A DNA stretch of 64,000 nt from positions 1-64,000 of IMG/VR virus record IMGVR_UViG_3300037586_005524; one strand, given 5' to 3'. The translations under genes were made by a program, and so were the position numbers. Origin of the DNA: a virus. The notes beneath the pieces are model-generated. The model did not search any database and was not told where the DNA came from. It worked only from the letters and a program-made list of their open reading frames with translations. This document shows, piece after piece, positions 48,317 to 57,828 of the stretch (the first letter of the stretch is position 1; each line of letters starts with the position of its first letter).

Positions 48317-49089
48317 TCCAACTCCAATAAAAAAGATATATCATCGGTGATCTTTCTTGCAGCATTATATAACATATCACAATCTGCTCTATATGCCAAA
48401 AGTCTAACGCCATTGTTGATTAAAAATTTGGCATACTTAATATCTTTTACAAAAGATCCTATGACAATATTTTTGCTTTCAGCTTGTTTGCAGCACTTTT
48501 CTATTAAATTTAATACCTTTAGATTTTCTATATCTCCTGGGCATCCTAAACTTTGAGAAAGGTCATATGGGCCAAGATAAATTATATCTATATTTTTGAC
48601 ATCTAATATTTCATTAAAGTTATTAATGCCCTCCTCTCCTTCAATAATAATTGAAGTCAAAATTTTATTGTTTGCTATGTTAGTATGATTTTCTACAGCA
48701 GTAAATCCGCCCGCCCTGGTAAAAGGAGAATATCCTCTATTGCCCTCTGGGAAATATCTACTACACTCTGCAACTTGTTTGGCGCTTTTAAAATCTACAA
48801 CTTGTGGCACAATGACTCCGTGAGAGCCTATTTCCAAAGCTCGTAATATTAAATTTTCATTATTGTCGCCAACTCTAAATAATGCTGAAGCGCTGTTTAC
48901 TTCACAAGCTCTAATCATATTTTGTGCTGTTTCATAAGATGCTGGGCCGTGTTCTGCATCGACTACAATAAAGTCCATACCAGCAAATGTAAGAACATCA
49001 GCAACCGTTGGAGAAGGAATAACCGACCATGTACCAATTACAGTTTTTCCAGAGTTTAGTTTATCTTTCAAAAAATTATTTTTATGCAT
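48313..49089 (-). CDS. HpcH/HpaI (GarL-like) class II pyruvate aldolase
   Basis: DFIVVDAEHG, LEIGSHGVIVPQV, YFPEGNRG, GPYDLSQSLG. Confidence 0.9.
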   Translation of the reverse strand: MHKNNFLKDKLNSGKTVIGTWSVIPSPTVADVLTFAGMDFIVVDAEHGPASYETAQNMIRACEVNSASALFRVGDNNENLILRALEIGSHGVIVPQVVDFKSAKQVAECSRYFPEGNRGYSPFTRAGGFTAVENHTNIANNKILTSIIIEGEEGINNFNEILDVKNIDIIYLGPYDLSQSLGCPGDIENLKVLNLIEKCCKQAESKNIVIGSFVKDIKYAKFLINNGVRLLAYRADCDMLYNAARKITDDISFLLELE

Positions 49090-49091
49090 TT

Positions 49092-49832
49092 TTATTCCAA
49101 ATAAGGAGTCGTGCTTTCAGAAAAGCCGTGTTTTTTAAGCCAATATTCAGCAACAGCTATTTGCCATTCAGCATCAATATCAAAGCCGAAGTCAACTTCT
49201 AAGCCATATGTTTTATTTCCCATCCACTTAAAAGGTAGTTTACCATTTTCAATATCTTCAAAACAAACAGGTCGTAAAACTTGTATTGATAAATCTGCGA
49301 AATATACGTCGCCTTGGCTATCTCTTATTGATGAAACATCATCAAACACATTTAAATCTACAAAGGAATCAACGATATTGTTTTCTAACTTCCTTGCTCG
49401 TGTTGGGCTAAACATATTATATTTAACCACACTAAAACATGAATCTAATGTTTCGTCTTTCTTTAGCACTTCAATTGCTTCGGTTAGTTTATTACAATCC
49501 GTCATGGGAGTATTGGCAAACAAAAGAACAATTATTTCAGGAACTTCGCCTAGATCTTTTATTATGAAATCATATGCATGTGTTAACACGTCTTCAGTTA
49601 ATGATTCTGGTGTTGCTAACTCCGGTGGTCTATTAATCACTGTAGCATTGTATGATAGTGCAGTCGATTTAATTGAAGGCGAATCTGTGGAAATATATAA
49701 CTTGTTTATATGCTTACAATTATGTGCTGCCATTAAAGAATACTCGTTTAATTGTCTGCCGAGCAATTTCATATAGTTTTTTCCAGGGCAGCCCATGCTT
49801 TTTTCTTTTCCAATTTGCAGTCCGACTATCAT
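49092..49832 (-). CDS. cytidylyltransferase, NeuA/KdsB (CMP-ulosonate synthetase) family
   Basis: SMGCPGKN, ISTDS, RPPELA, LFANTP, DIDAEWQ. Confidence 0.85.
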   Translation of the reverse strand: MIVGLQIGKEKSMGCPGKNYMKLLGRQLNEYSLMAAHNCKHINKLYISTDSPSIKSTALSYNATVINRPPELATPESLTEDVLTHAYDFIIKDLGEVPEIIVLLFANTPMTDCNKLTEAIEVLKKDETLDSCFSVVKYNMFSPTRARKLENNIVDSFVDLNVFDDVSSIRDSQGDVYFADLSIQVLRPVCFEDIENGKLPFKWMGNKTYGLEVDFGFDIDAEWQIAVAEYWLKKHGFSESTTPYLE

Positions 49833-50221
49833 TTATTTAATAATTCCTCTTTGAAAATAGATTCCCAATTTTTGAATCTTATTGCTTTATCATCAATATA
49901 ACATACAGCATTTGGTTTTTCAAACGATACATCTTCAATATATTCGTCCATATTGTTTTCAGCTAACCATTCCCAAATTAATTCTTTTCCAGTTTTACCA
50001 TTTATAAGAGGGCGTTTTGGATTTGCTTTACAACTATAAACAATCAGTGTGTAATCTTGAGAAAGCTTTTTTAACGCTTCGTCCGAACCTTTTATTGGAG
50101 GATCATATACAGTACCATCATGAAATCCTAAAGAACTTCTATGTATGACTCCATCAAAATCAATTGCTAATATTTTTTCTTCTTGTTCTGTAATGAGCTT
50201 TAAAAATTGTTCTTTATCCAT
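49829..50221 (-). CDS. small HAD-superfamily phosphatase-like protein, paralog of 42910..43251
   Basis: LAIDFDGVIH, YDPP, KP...YIDDKA. Confidence 0.75.
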   Translation of the reverse strand: MDKEQFLKLITEQEEKILAIDFDGVIHRSSLGFHDGTVYDPPIKGSDEALKKLSQDYTLIVYSCKANPKRPLINGKTGKELIWEWLAENNMDEYIEDVSFEKPNAVCYIDDKAIRFKNWESIFKEELLNK

Positions 50222-51194
50222 TTAGCGCCATCCTAGCTACATCAAGTGCGCGTCGAGCATATGCCCACTCATTATCATACCAAACTACTAACTTTAATGT
50301 ATTTTTATTTAATACTTTTATCCACTGAGCGTCTAATATTGCTGAGTGTTCAGTCATTTTATAATCAACAGAGACTTTAGATTCTTCGTTAACTGTTAAG
50401 AAATCATTTTGTGAAGCTTTAAAAACTTCTAGCACTTCCTTTAAATTAAATTCGTTTTCACAAAATATAGTTATATCCGAACAAGTCACTACATCGGTTG
50501 GAACTCTAAAGGACATTGCATCCAACTTTCCTTCTAATTCTGGTAAAATCTCTAGTACAGCTTTTGCGGCTGTTGTATTTTTAGGAATTAAGTTATTTAC
50601 CGCAGAGCGTCCTAGTGAATAGTCTTTCCAAATATTGCCAGGCTTTGAAACAGAGGAGACCGTTCCGTCAACTAAATTTTGGTAAGAAAGCCAGGGATGC
50701 AAAGTAGTAAAAAAACAATTTTTGATTTTCCACCTGTCGTTTACAATTTTTAAAACTTGCGCCACCGCATTGGCGTCACATATGCTAGATGAAACTAAAT
50801 TATGGTTTTTTTTATCATATTCTGACTCATTTGCGCCCATAATAATCGTTTTGTCCACATCATCAGAACAATGAGTTATTACTGCTTTGGCCAGCCTTTT
50901 CTCATCGAGCATTGTCTTTAGTTTTTTTACATTTTCAGATACACCTGTCGCATCTATAACAATATCCACCTCGTCGACCCATTCAATATTTTCTATATTT
51001 AATTCGGAAGTATATTTAGTCTCTTTAATATCCGCTTCAAATCTGCCATAAGTTGAATCGTATTTTAGCAGATAAGCCATGTTTTCTATATTATCTATAT
51101 CATTAATCCCAACAACATTAAAAAAGCTGTGCTTTTGATTTATCTTAAATATGGCTCGGCCAATTCTTCCAAAGCCGTTAATTCCTAATTTCAT
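50214..51194 (-). CDS. type I GAPDH / erythrose-4-phosphate dehydrogenase-like protein
   Basis: GINGFGRIGR, YLLKYDSTYG, SSICDANA (catalytic Cys), FRVPT, WYDNEWAY. Confidence 0.88.
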   Translation of the reverse strand: MKLGINGFGRIGRAIFKINQKHSFFNVVGINDIDNIENMAYLLKYDSTYGRFEADIKETKYTSELNIENIEWVDEVDIVIDATGVSENVKKLKTMLDEKRLAKAVITHCSDDVDKTIIMGANESEYDKKNHNLVSSSICDANAVAQVLKIVNDRWKIKNCFFTTLHPWLSYQNLVDGTVSSVSKPGNIWKDYSLGRSAVNNLIPKNTTAAKAVLEILPELEGKLDAMSFRVPTDVVTCSDITIFCENEFNLKEVLEVFKASQNDFLTVNEESKVSVDYKMTEHSAILDAQWIKVLNKNTLKLVVWYDNEWAYARRALDVARMALNG

Positions 51195-52201
51195 TTTTTT
51201 CCATCTAGTTCGTAAGCAGTTTTAATTATATTTTGACATACATTGTCGTTTTTTACAAGATATTTTTTAGTTGCATCGGCAAATTGTTCATCATAGTTTT
51301 TTTGTTTTAAATCGCTTATAGCTTTTCTTATGTCATCAATAGACATGTCTCCGGAAATCTTTTTATAAAAATCATAATCGTAAAAAAATCTAAAAACATC
51401 TCTAACAATTGGTCGATGCTTATTTATAAGATGAACATCCATATCTAAGAAAGGCTTGTTGAAAAATACTGCTTCCTTTATTGCAGAAGAGCTTTCGTGA
51501 GTCACAACTAAATCGACAATTTTCATAAGCTCCATAGAAGTGTGAGGATGCCAAGATTCATCAAGAAAATAATGATCGCCACGATATTGTTTATTGTGAA
51601 TAGGATTTTTACCTCTTGTTTTAACAATTATTTCGTATCCTTCTTCTTTTAAAGCAGTATACAAAAAATCTAGATTTACTTTTGCAGGATAATATCGTGC
51701 ATCTGGATATATCATTATAGCTTTTTTAGCCTCTTTTTTTAAACCGTATTTTTTGCAAATAGAGTCTGCATCAAGTTCTATACTATATTTTGGAGACCCA
51801 AGATATAAATTTTTATCAGAAAGAGTTTTCCCATAAACTGCATATTCTTTACTAGGAAATATCGAGTAATCAATATTATCAATATAATCATGAAACATCA
51901 CGACATAATCTGTACCATATGAAAGAGAAAATATCGTTTGTTTCTTCTTATCTGGATATTTAGAACCTACCCCTTCGATACAAAAAATAGGACCGTGATG
52001 CTTTGTTATTTCTTTAATGCCATAAAAGTTAAAATTATAAGCCTCTAATAGCTTATTAAATTCTTTCACATTGTTAGATATGCTGTTATATTTGTTTATA
52101 TTCCAAGAGAATAAACTAGACTTTATTCCCATTTTGTTACCTTCTTCAATCAAAGGTATGAAATATTTTAAAAAGGTCATCTCTGGTATGATAAAGTTCA
52201 T
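51191..52201 (-). CDS. GT-B transferase resembling CDP-glycerol glycerophosphotransferases / ulosonate transferases
   Basis: LGSPKY, IIVKTR, DLVVTHESSSAIKEAVFFNKP. Confidence 0.55.
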   Translation of the reverse strand: MNFIIPEMTFLKYFIPLIEEGNKMGIKSSLFSWNINKYNSISNNVKEFNKLLEAYNFNFYGIKEITKHHGPIFCIEGVGSKYPDKKKQTIFSLSYGTDYVVMFHDYIDNIDYSIFPSKEYAVYGKTLSDKNLYLGSPKYSIELDADSICKKYGLKKEAKKAIMIYPDARYYPAKVNLDFLYTALKEEGYEIIVKTRGKNPIHNKQYRGDHYFLDESWHPHTSMELMKIVDLVVTHESSSAIKEAVFFNKPFLDMDVHLINKHRPIVRDVFRFFYDYDFYKKISGDMSIDDIRKAISDLKQKNYDEQFADATKKYLVKNDNVCQNIIKTAYELDGKK

Positions 52202-52214
52202 TGGTCTCCCAAAT

Positions 52215-52919
52215 TTATAATTCCCCTAAATAACAAAATTGAATTTCATTATTTTGTAGAAAGTCACCAAGTTCTTTTGTCTTCTGCTCACATAGATAAT
52301 TTTTATCCCACTCGCAAGCATGATAAACAATTTCTGTTTTTTCAAATAAACATAGAGGATGCACTGGTGGCATTACGTTGGCATATACAACTTTATCAAA
52401 ATTTTTATCTTCGCCCGCATATACTTCTAAATATTCTTCTTGACCATCGTACAATCCTAAAGTTTCAATACCTTTGTCTTTACACGCTTTAAAAGTATCA
52501 GGCGACATGCGCCAAGCTGGTGGCCTAAAAATAGGTTTAAATATTTCTTTTAAATTTGCTCTTTCAACTATATCAAACATTAAATCAAATTTCTCACAAG
52601 CTTCTTCATAATTTAATGTCATAAATTCATCATTATCGGTTTTACCTGGAATTCCGTGAAAAAGACCATGATAGCCAATTTCAAAATTTTGTTTTGGTAA
52701 TTTTCTTAACTCTTCACAAAATGAAGGATGTTCGGACAATATTAATGGTTTTTTTGTAGCTATATCATGACGGATTGTTCTCCAATAAGCAATTGGTACA
52801 AAAAGGGTAAATTTTATATCTTCAAACTTTTCTATCAAACTGTAACATCGTTTTAATACTTTCGTTGAAGAACGAGGGTGTGGAGAAACATCATCAATGC
52901 TAATATTCACTTTATACAC
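52215..52919 (-). CDS. polysaccharide deacetylase (NodB/DUF2334-like)
   Basis: ISIDDVSP, EIGYHGLFH, FRPPAW. Confidence 0.82.
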   Translation of the reverse strand: MYKVNISIDDVSPHPRSSTKVLKRCYSLIEKFEDIKFTLFVPIAYWRTIRHDIATKKPLILSEHPSFCEELRKLPKQNFEIGYHGLFHGIPGKTDNDEFMTLNYEEACEKFDLMFDIVERANLKEIFKPIFRPPAWRMSPDTFKACKDKGIETLGLYDGQEEYLEVYAGEDKNFDKVVYANVMPPVHPLCLFEKTEIVYHACEWDKNYLCEQKTKELGDFLQNNEIQFCYLGEL

Positions 52920-53529
52920 TTTTATTCCAAAACGCGTAAGTAATCAAATCCTTCTTGTAATTATTAAATCTATTAATCATCACACTAGCACTAATGTTGT
53001 TTGTTTTAAATGTTTCTTCCGTAGCACAATTGGTCATTGTAGCATTAAAATAATTTTGCCAATCTGGTATGTCGCTATGAAAATCAACGGTGTTCGGCAG
53101 ATCGCGAAAATCAAACTTTGCAGTTAAGCTAGGAGGCGTTCTTGTTGAACCATAGTCATCTAATAGTCCAGCATATAAAGTAAAATCAAATATAACATTT
53201 TCATTCTTAGATACACATTCTTTCAACTGCTTTATAAAAAAATCTATATTTTTAACATACATTGTTGTGCGGTGACAAACAACAATATCATAATTTTCAA
53301 TCTCCCACTCATCATCAATATTCCAGTTTTCCAATACAATATCATATAAATCATGTTGCGCATCTGGAAATAAATGCTTATAATGAGCAACTGTTTCATT
53401 TGTATTAGAATTCCCCAAATATGCTATCTTAGATACTTGTTCATTATCGTTTACTATATAATCATTTTCTAACAAAAAGTTTATAAAAGCTTTCTGCTGT
53501 GGTAATACAATAAAATCTGACATTCCCAT
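52912..53529 (-). CDS. divergent methyltransferase-like protein, paralog of 46017..46676
   Basis: MGMSD...DLYDIVLENWNIDDEWEIENYDIVVCHRT versus MGRSD...DLYDLQLNNWNINDSWELKKKYDTIICTRT. Confidence 0.5.
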   Translation of the reverse strand: MGMSDFIVLPQQKAFINFLLENDYIVNDNEQVSKIAYLGNSNTNETVAHYKHLFPDAQHDLYDIVLENWNIDDEWEIENYDIVVCHRTTMYVKNIDFFIKQLKECVSKNENVIFDFTLYAGLLDDYGSTRTPPSLTAKFDFRDLPNTVDFHSDIPDWQNYFNATMTNCATEETFKTNNISASVMINRFNNYKKDLITYAFWNKSV

Positions 53530-53557
53530 AAATTGATTCTCCCGTTTTTATAATATA

Positions 53558-54466
53558 TTATATGTTTGCAATAATTTTCTCATATTCTTTCAATGTATCA
53601 TCAATTGTTCTTGTATAACTCATTGCTTTTTCTTTATAGCTATCATAATTTGCTTTCATTTCTTTTATTGAGTTTAACAACCCATCAAAATCTGAGTACT
53701 CTAATCCATACTCACAACAATAATTATTTATACTTCCACCATTGCTGTGGTAAATAACAGGTAAACCTGCAGCTAGTGCCTCTAAAACATGATTGGCGCC
53801 TGCTTCTTCTTCTGACGCGGTTAAATATATATCACTTTCTGATATTTCTTTAGCTAAATACTCATTATCTCCTGTTGGGTCAACATGATTAGAATTATTA
53901 AAATAAAAATTCTTTGGAAGTCTACCAATAAAAGTAAAATTTATATTTTCGGCGACGTGATCATCCAACAGTTTATAATATTCAAACCCTTTTTTTGGAT
54001 TTGTTGACCAATGATGGGTTATTATATTAAGGGTATCATTTAATTTGTTGCTTTTTTTATATTTATGAAATATTTTTAATGGTCCATTGTGAACAATGTT
54101 GTAATTTTTTCCTCCATAATCAACATATTCTTTGGCCCACTCGCTTGGAAAAATTAAATGATCTGATGTTAATATTGTTTGTTTAATAAGATTAGTTAAT
54201 TCCGGTTTCCCGTGAGTCCCAAGATCTCCAACTCTTTGAATTATTTTTGTTCGAGGCCGGGAATTTTTATAATTTAAAAAATGTTGGTACCACTCACCAT
54301 TTTTGTTTGGTCTGGGATCAAAACAAAAAATCATATCAATATTATCCTCCAACCGAAAAGTAACTTGATGGCCTGTTTTCTCCAATGTTTCAGAAAGTTT
54401 AGTCACTGTTTTGTTTCCACCGCCCCATGGCCCTTTTAACGGTTGTCTATTAAGATAAATTTTCAT
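53558..54466 (-). CDS. glycosyltransferase family 4 (GT-B)
   Basis: GPWGGGN, IFPSEW, VHNG, EAGANHVLEALAAGLPV (EX7E). Confidence 0.88.
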   Translation of the reverse strand: MKIYLNRQPLKGPWGGGNKTVTKLSETLEKTGHQVTFRLEDNIDMIFCFDPRPNKNGEWYQHFLNYKNSRPRTKIIQRVGDLGTHGKPELTNLIKQTILTSDHLIFPSEWAKEYVDYGGKNYNIVHNGPLKIFHKYKKSNKLNDTLNIITHHWSTNPKKGFEYYKLLDDHVAENINFTFIGRLPKNFYFNNSNHVDPTGDNEYLAKEISESDIYLTASEEEAGANHVLEALAAGLPVIYHSNGGSINNYCCEYGLEYSDFDGLLNSIKEMKANYDSYKEKAMSYTRTIDDTLKEYEKIIANI

Positions 54467-54476
54467 TTGTCATTCT

Positions 54477-55463
54477 TTACAAAAACTTAGAATCAAGAAT
54501 TGGATTCGCACCATAATATTCAGAATACCATGAAATGGTTTTTTTGAGACCTTCATCTATATTATATTTTGGGCTAAAGCCTGTAGCTTCTCTTAAAAGT
54601 GTTAAGTCTGGGCAACGACGTTGTACACTTCCCTCTGGAGGTTGTTTAATATCAAATTTAGGATTATAATTAAAATATTTAACTACTTTTTCAGCTAAAT
54701 TCATTATTGGCATTTCCTCTTTATCATTGCCAATATTAAATACTCCTTTTTTATCACTTAATGCCAGGTTCATAGAGGCTCGTACGGCGTCACTGACATA
54801 ACAAAAAGATCTTGTTTGAGTTGCTCCGTATATATTAAATGGGTCTTCTTTGAAATATGCTCTTTTAATAAACTGAGGTATGACATGCTTAAACCCCATT
54901 CGTGGGCCATAAATATTATTATATCTAATAATTTGAAACTCTAAATCATGTTGATGAGAAAAATTAGCAACAAGAAGCTCCCCTGTTATTTTGCTCCCAC
55001 CATATGAATATCGAGGATTGAAAATATCGTCAATACATAATTCAACTGTTTCTGGGGTTGGGATAAGATCTTTTCTAAATTTAAAAGTACAAGAATATGT
55101 TTCTGAGGAGGAGGAATAAACAAATTTGGTTTGACAGCCTTTAAAATATTCTAATAAATTCATGGTGGACAAAATATTAACACGCATTACATCATAAGGA
55201 ATTGTATAAAAATTTTCTGTTCCATTGATGGCGGCCAAATGAAAAATAATATCATAATCTTTATCTAATTTTATTATTTCATCCATTTTTGTGAGATCGC
55301 ATTTTATAAATTTGGAGCCGCGCGAAATTAAGCCGTCTATAAAAGCATCTTTGACCCCTCTTAGATTATTATCACAAATATGGACAATATTGCTGTTTTC
55401 CAATGCGTAATCTGCTAAATAGGCGCCGATGAAACCACTACCACCAGTAATTAAAATTTTCAT
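54477..55463 (-). CDS. NAD-dependent NDP-sugar epimerase/decarboxylase
   Basis: ITGGSGFIG, FHLAAING, SSSETY, PRYSYGGSK, RSFCYVSD. Confidence 0.92.
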   Translation of the reverse strand: MKILITGGSGFIGAYLADYALENSNIVHICDNNLRGVKDAFIDGLISRGSKFIKCDLTKMDEIIKLDKDYDIIFHLAAINGTENFYTIPYDVMRVNILSTMNLLEYFKGCQTKFVYSSSSETYSCTFKFRKDLIPTPETVELCIDDIFNPRYSYGGSKITGELLVANFSHQHDLEFQIIRYNNIYGPRMGFKHVIPQFIKRAYFKEDPFNIYGATQTRSFCYVSDAVRASMNLALSDKKGVFNIGNDKEEMPIMNLAEKVVKYFNYNPKFDIKQPPEGSVQRRCPDLTLLREATGFSPKYNIDEGLKKTISWYSEYYGANPILDSKFL

Positions 55464-56227
55464 TTATTACCTCTATATTTGCAAACATACATTATTTTAT
55501 AATCCTTGAAGCTAGCTTGTTTTTCAATATCATAAGATTTATTAATCTCCACTACATCAAAATTATATTCATTTAGTAACTCTTTTAAAATAAAAGGAGT
55601 CCATAAAACGTGGTCTAAATCATAGTCGAAGCTGTTAACCAGTTCTCCGTCTTTGAATATTTCTACATAATTTTTCATTTTTATAAAAGAGTTTAATAAG
55701 TCTGTGTTGGCAATACACTTTGTTATTATTTTGTTTTTATCATCAGCGTATCTCTCTCTGGTTGAAGAATAGGGCGGCTCTTTAATTGCAGCAATGCCAT
55801 TCCAAGTATCAAAAATAAGAAGTGCATTTTTATTAAGCTTGTCAGAGGCTAGCTGTAAAAATTCTTTTAACTGTTTAAAGCTGGTTAAATGATTAACCAC
55901 ATAAAACATACTGATCATCAAATCAAAACTCTTGTCACTTAAATCCTCTTTTGTATTAGTAAAAAAGCATAAATTATTTTCAATTGATTTTTGTTTTGCA
56001 ATTTTTATCATATCAGAAGAACAATCATAACCGACCACATTTGTATTAGTTTTCTCAGATAAATAAGAAGCATGATTTCCTGTCCCACATCCAAAATCTA
56101 ATATGGATTCAAGTGGAGCTTTTGAGTGTTTATTATATGCTTTAAAAACATAATCCACTTCTTGTGAATATTGTTTTTTTGAAAATATTTTATCGTAATA
56201 TTCTACAAAATTACCAGAATAACTCAA
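55460..56227 (-). CDS. class I SAM methyltransferase (sugar N-methyltransferase-like)
   Basis: YYDKIF...ILDFGCGTG, FDLMISMF; TTG start after GAGG. Confidence 0.85.
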   Translation of the reverse strand: MSYSGNFVEYYDKIFSKKQYSQEVDYVFKAYNKHSKAPLESILDFGCGTGNHASYLSEKTNTNVVGYDCSSDMIKIAKQKSIENNLCFFTNTKEDLSDKSFDLMISMFYVVNHLTSFKQLKEFLQLASDKLNKNALLIFDTWNGIAAIKEPPYSSTRERYADDKNKIITKCIANTDLLNSFIKMKNYVEIFKDGELVNSFDYDLDHVLWTPFILKELLNEYNFDVVEINKSYDIEKQASFKDYKIMYVCKYRGNK

Positions 56228-56228
56228 C

Positions 56229-56729
56229 TTAATTTACCTCCCAATATTTCTGAGAGACAATAGAATGGTGATACCTGTAGTCATCTGCTAGCGCTTCTTT
56301 GTATGTAAGATTGCTCAAAAATATTATATTTGTATTTTCTTCCAAACTCATCCAACCATTCGCACGATAAGGAGGGATTACCAAAACTTTAGGTGAACGA
56401 TAACTCAATACATAACTTGAAATATAGCTTGGATTTGCTTTTAAAAATTCTTTTATAGCCAGCTCATCGTTATTATCAACTAAATCCTCCGGTATATCAA
56501 CGCTTAAAAATTTTGCTGCCCCCGTAAGAACAGTATATATCTTCCATTCTTTTTTATGATAATGCACACCACGTATCACGCCCCTGCCATAATCTCCAAC
56601 AAAACACGCTCGATTGATTAAGTCAGGATCTATATCATCTGTAAGAGGAGATAAAAAACCTCTTTGGTCATTTAAAACTAAAGTATTTATTAATTTTGTT
56701 TCTTTGAGGTCTTTGTTTATTTTATACAT
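56229..56729 (-). CDS. cupin NDP-keto-sugar epimerase/isomerase (RmlC/FdtA-like)
   Basis: DQRGFL, IRGVHYH, LVIPPYRANGW. Confidence 0.8.
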   Translation of the reverse strand: MYKINKDLKETKLINTLVLNDQRGFLSPLTDDIDPDLINRACFVGDYGRGVIRGVHYHKKEWKIYTVLTGAAKFLSVDIPEDLVDNNDELAIKEFLKANPSYISSYVLSYRSPKVLVIPPYRANGWMSLEENTNIIFLSNLTYKEALADDYRYHHSIVSQKYWEVN

Positions 56730-57828
56730 AAAAATCTTTTATGACCTCACAAACATAATTAATTTGTTCTTCGCTAATATTAACAAAAGAAGGCAAACAA
56801 ATTCCATTATCATAGGACTTTTCTGCCACTGGAAAGTGCTCTCTATTATAACGAGGATCTTTCTTCCAATATTCAAAGGCCGGCTGTAAGTGCAACGGAT
56901 AAAAAAACATTCTTGGTTCTACATCGTTTTCTCGCATATGTTGCATTAAGTCTTCAGCTTCATCTTTTTTAGTTTTCAAAATAACTCTAAAAGGAATGTA
57001 AGGGCATACCTCTTCTGGAGGTTGATAAATATCAACATGCTTAAACTCAGAAAAAGCTTCTGTATACTTTTTATGAATAAAATTTTTCTTTTCTACTAGG
57101 GTATCAAACTTTTTCATTTGAGCTAAACCAATTGCGCATTGAATATCAGTCATTCTGAAATTATAGCCCACTTGAGGATGAACAAAAGTTCCTCTTCCTC
57201 TTCTTCCTTGATTTCTAAGATACAAAAGCTTCTCATAGACCTCTTCATTGTTTGTGGTTACAAAGCCGCCTTCGGCAGTTGTAAGGGTTTTATCTGCGAA
57301 AAAAGAAAAACAACCAACATCTCCAAAACTGCCGCAACCTTTGCCTTTCCATTTTATACCAAGCGCTTGGGCTGCATCTTCAATTACCAGCAAATTATGT
57401 TTTCTTGCATATGCCATTACTTGATCCATATTAGAAGTAAATCCAAAAAGATGAACTGGCATGATTGCTTTTGTTTTTTCTGTTAAAACGCGGTCGCAAT
57501 CTTCTACGTTAATTTGTAAATTTTCACAAACATCAACAAATACAGGCTTTGCGCCTAAAAATTCGACAGAAGTGGCGGAAGCAAAAAATGTAACATCCGG
57601 CACAATAACTTCGTCGCCCGGGCCTATTCCTAGTGCTTTTAAGCCCAAAATCAATGCCAGCGTGCCATTTGGTGCATAAACCCCATATTTCACGCCAATT
57701 TTTTCACACAACTTTTGATTAAATTCTTTAGCTAATGGACCTTCTGTTATCCAATTTGTTTCAAAACATTGTTTTATTGCTTCATATTCTTCCATCCCAA
57801 CGAATGGCATAAACTGTGGTACTTTCAT
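56722..57828 (-). CDS. DegT/DnrJ/EryC1/StrS sugar aminotransferase (perosamine synthase-like)
   Basis: NGTLAL, GPGDEVIVP, IEDAAQALG, FSFFADKTLTTAEGG, GYNFRMTDIQ. Confidence 0.95.
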   Translation of the reverse strand: MKVPQFMPFVGMEEYEAIKQCFETNWITEGPLAKEFNQKLCEKIGVKYGVYAPNGTLALILGLKALGIGPGDEVIVPDVTFFASATSVEFLGAKPVFVDVCENLQINVEDCDRVLTEKTKAIMPVHLFGFTSNMDQVMAYARKHNLLVIEDAAQALGIKWKGKGCGSFGDVGCFSFFADKTLTTAEGGFVTTNNEEVYEKLLYLRNQGRRGRGTFVHPQVGYNFRMTDIQCAIGLAQMKKFDTLVEKKNFIHKKYTEAFSEFKHVDIYQPPEEVCPYIPFRVILKTKKDEAEDLMQHMRENDVEPRMFFYPLHLQPAFEYWKKDPRYNREHFPVAEKSYDNGICLPSFVNISEEQINYVCEVIKDFYV

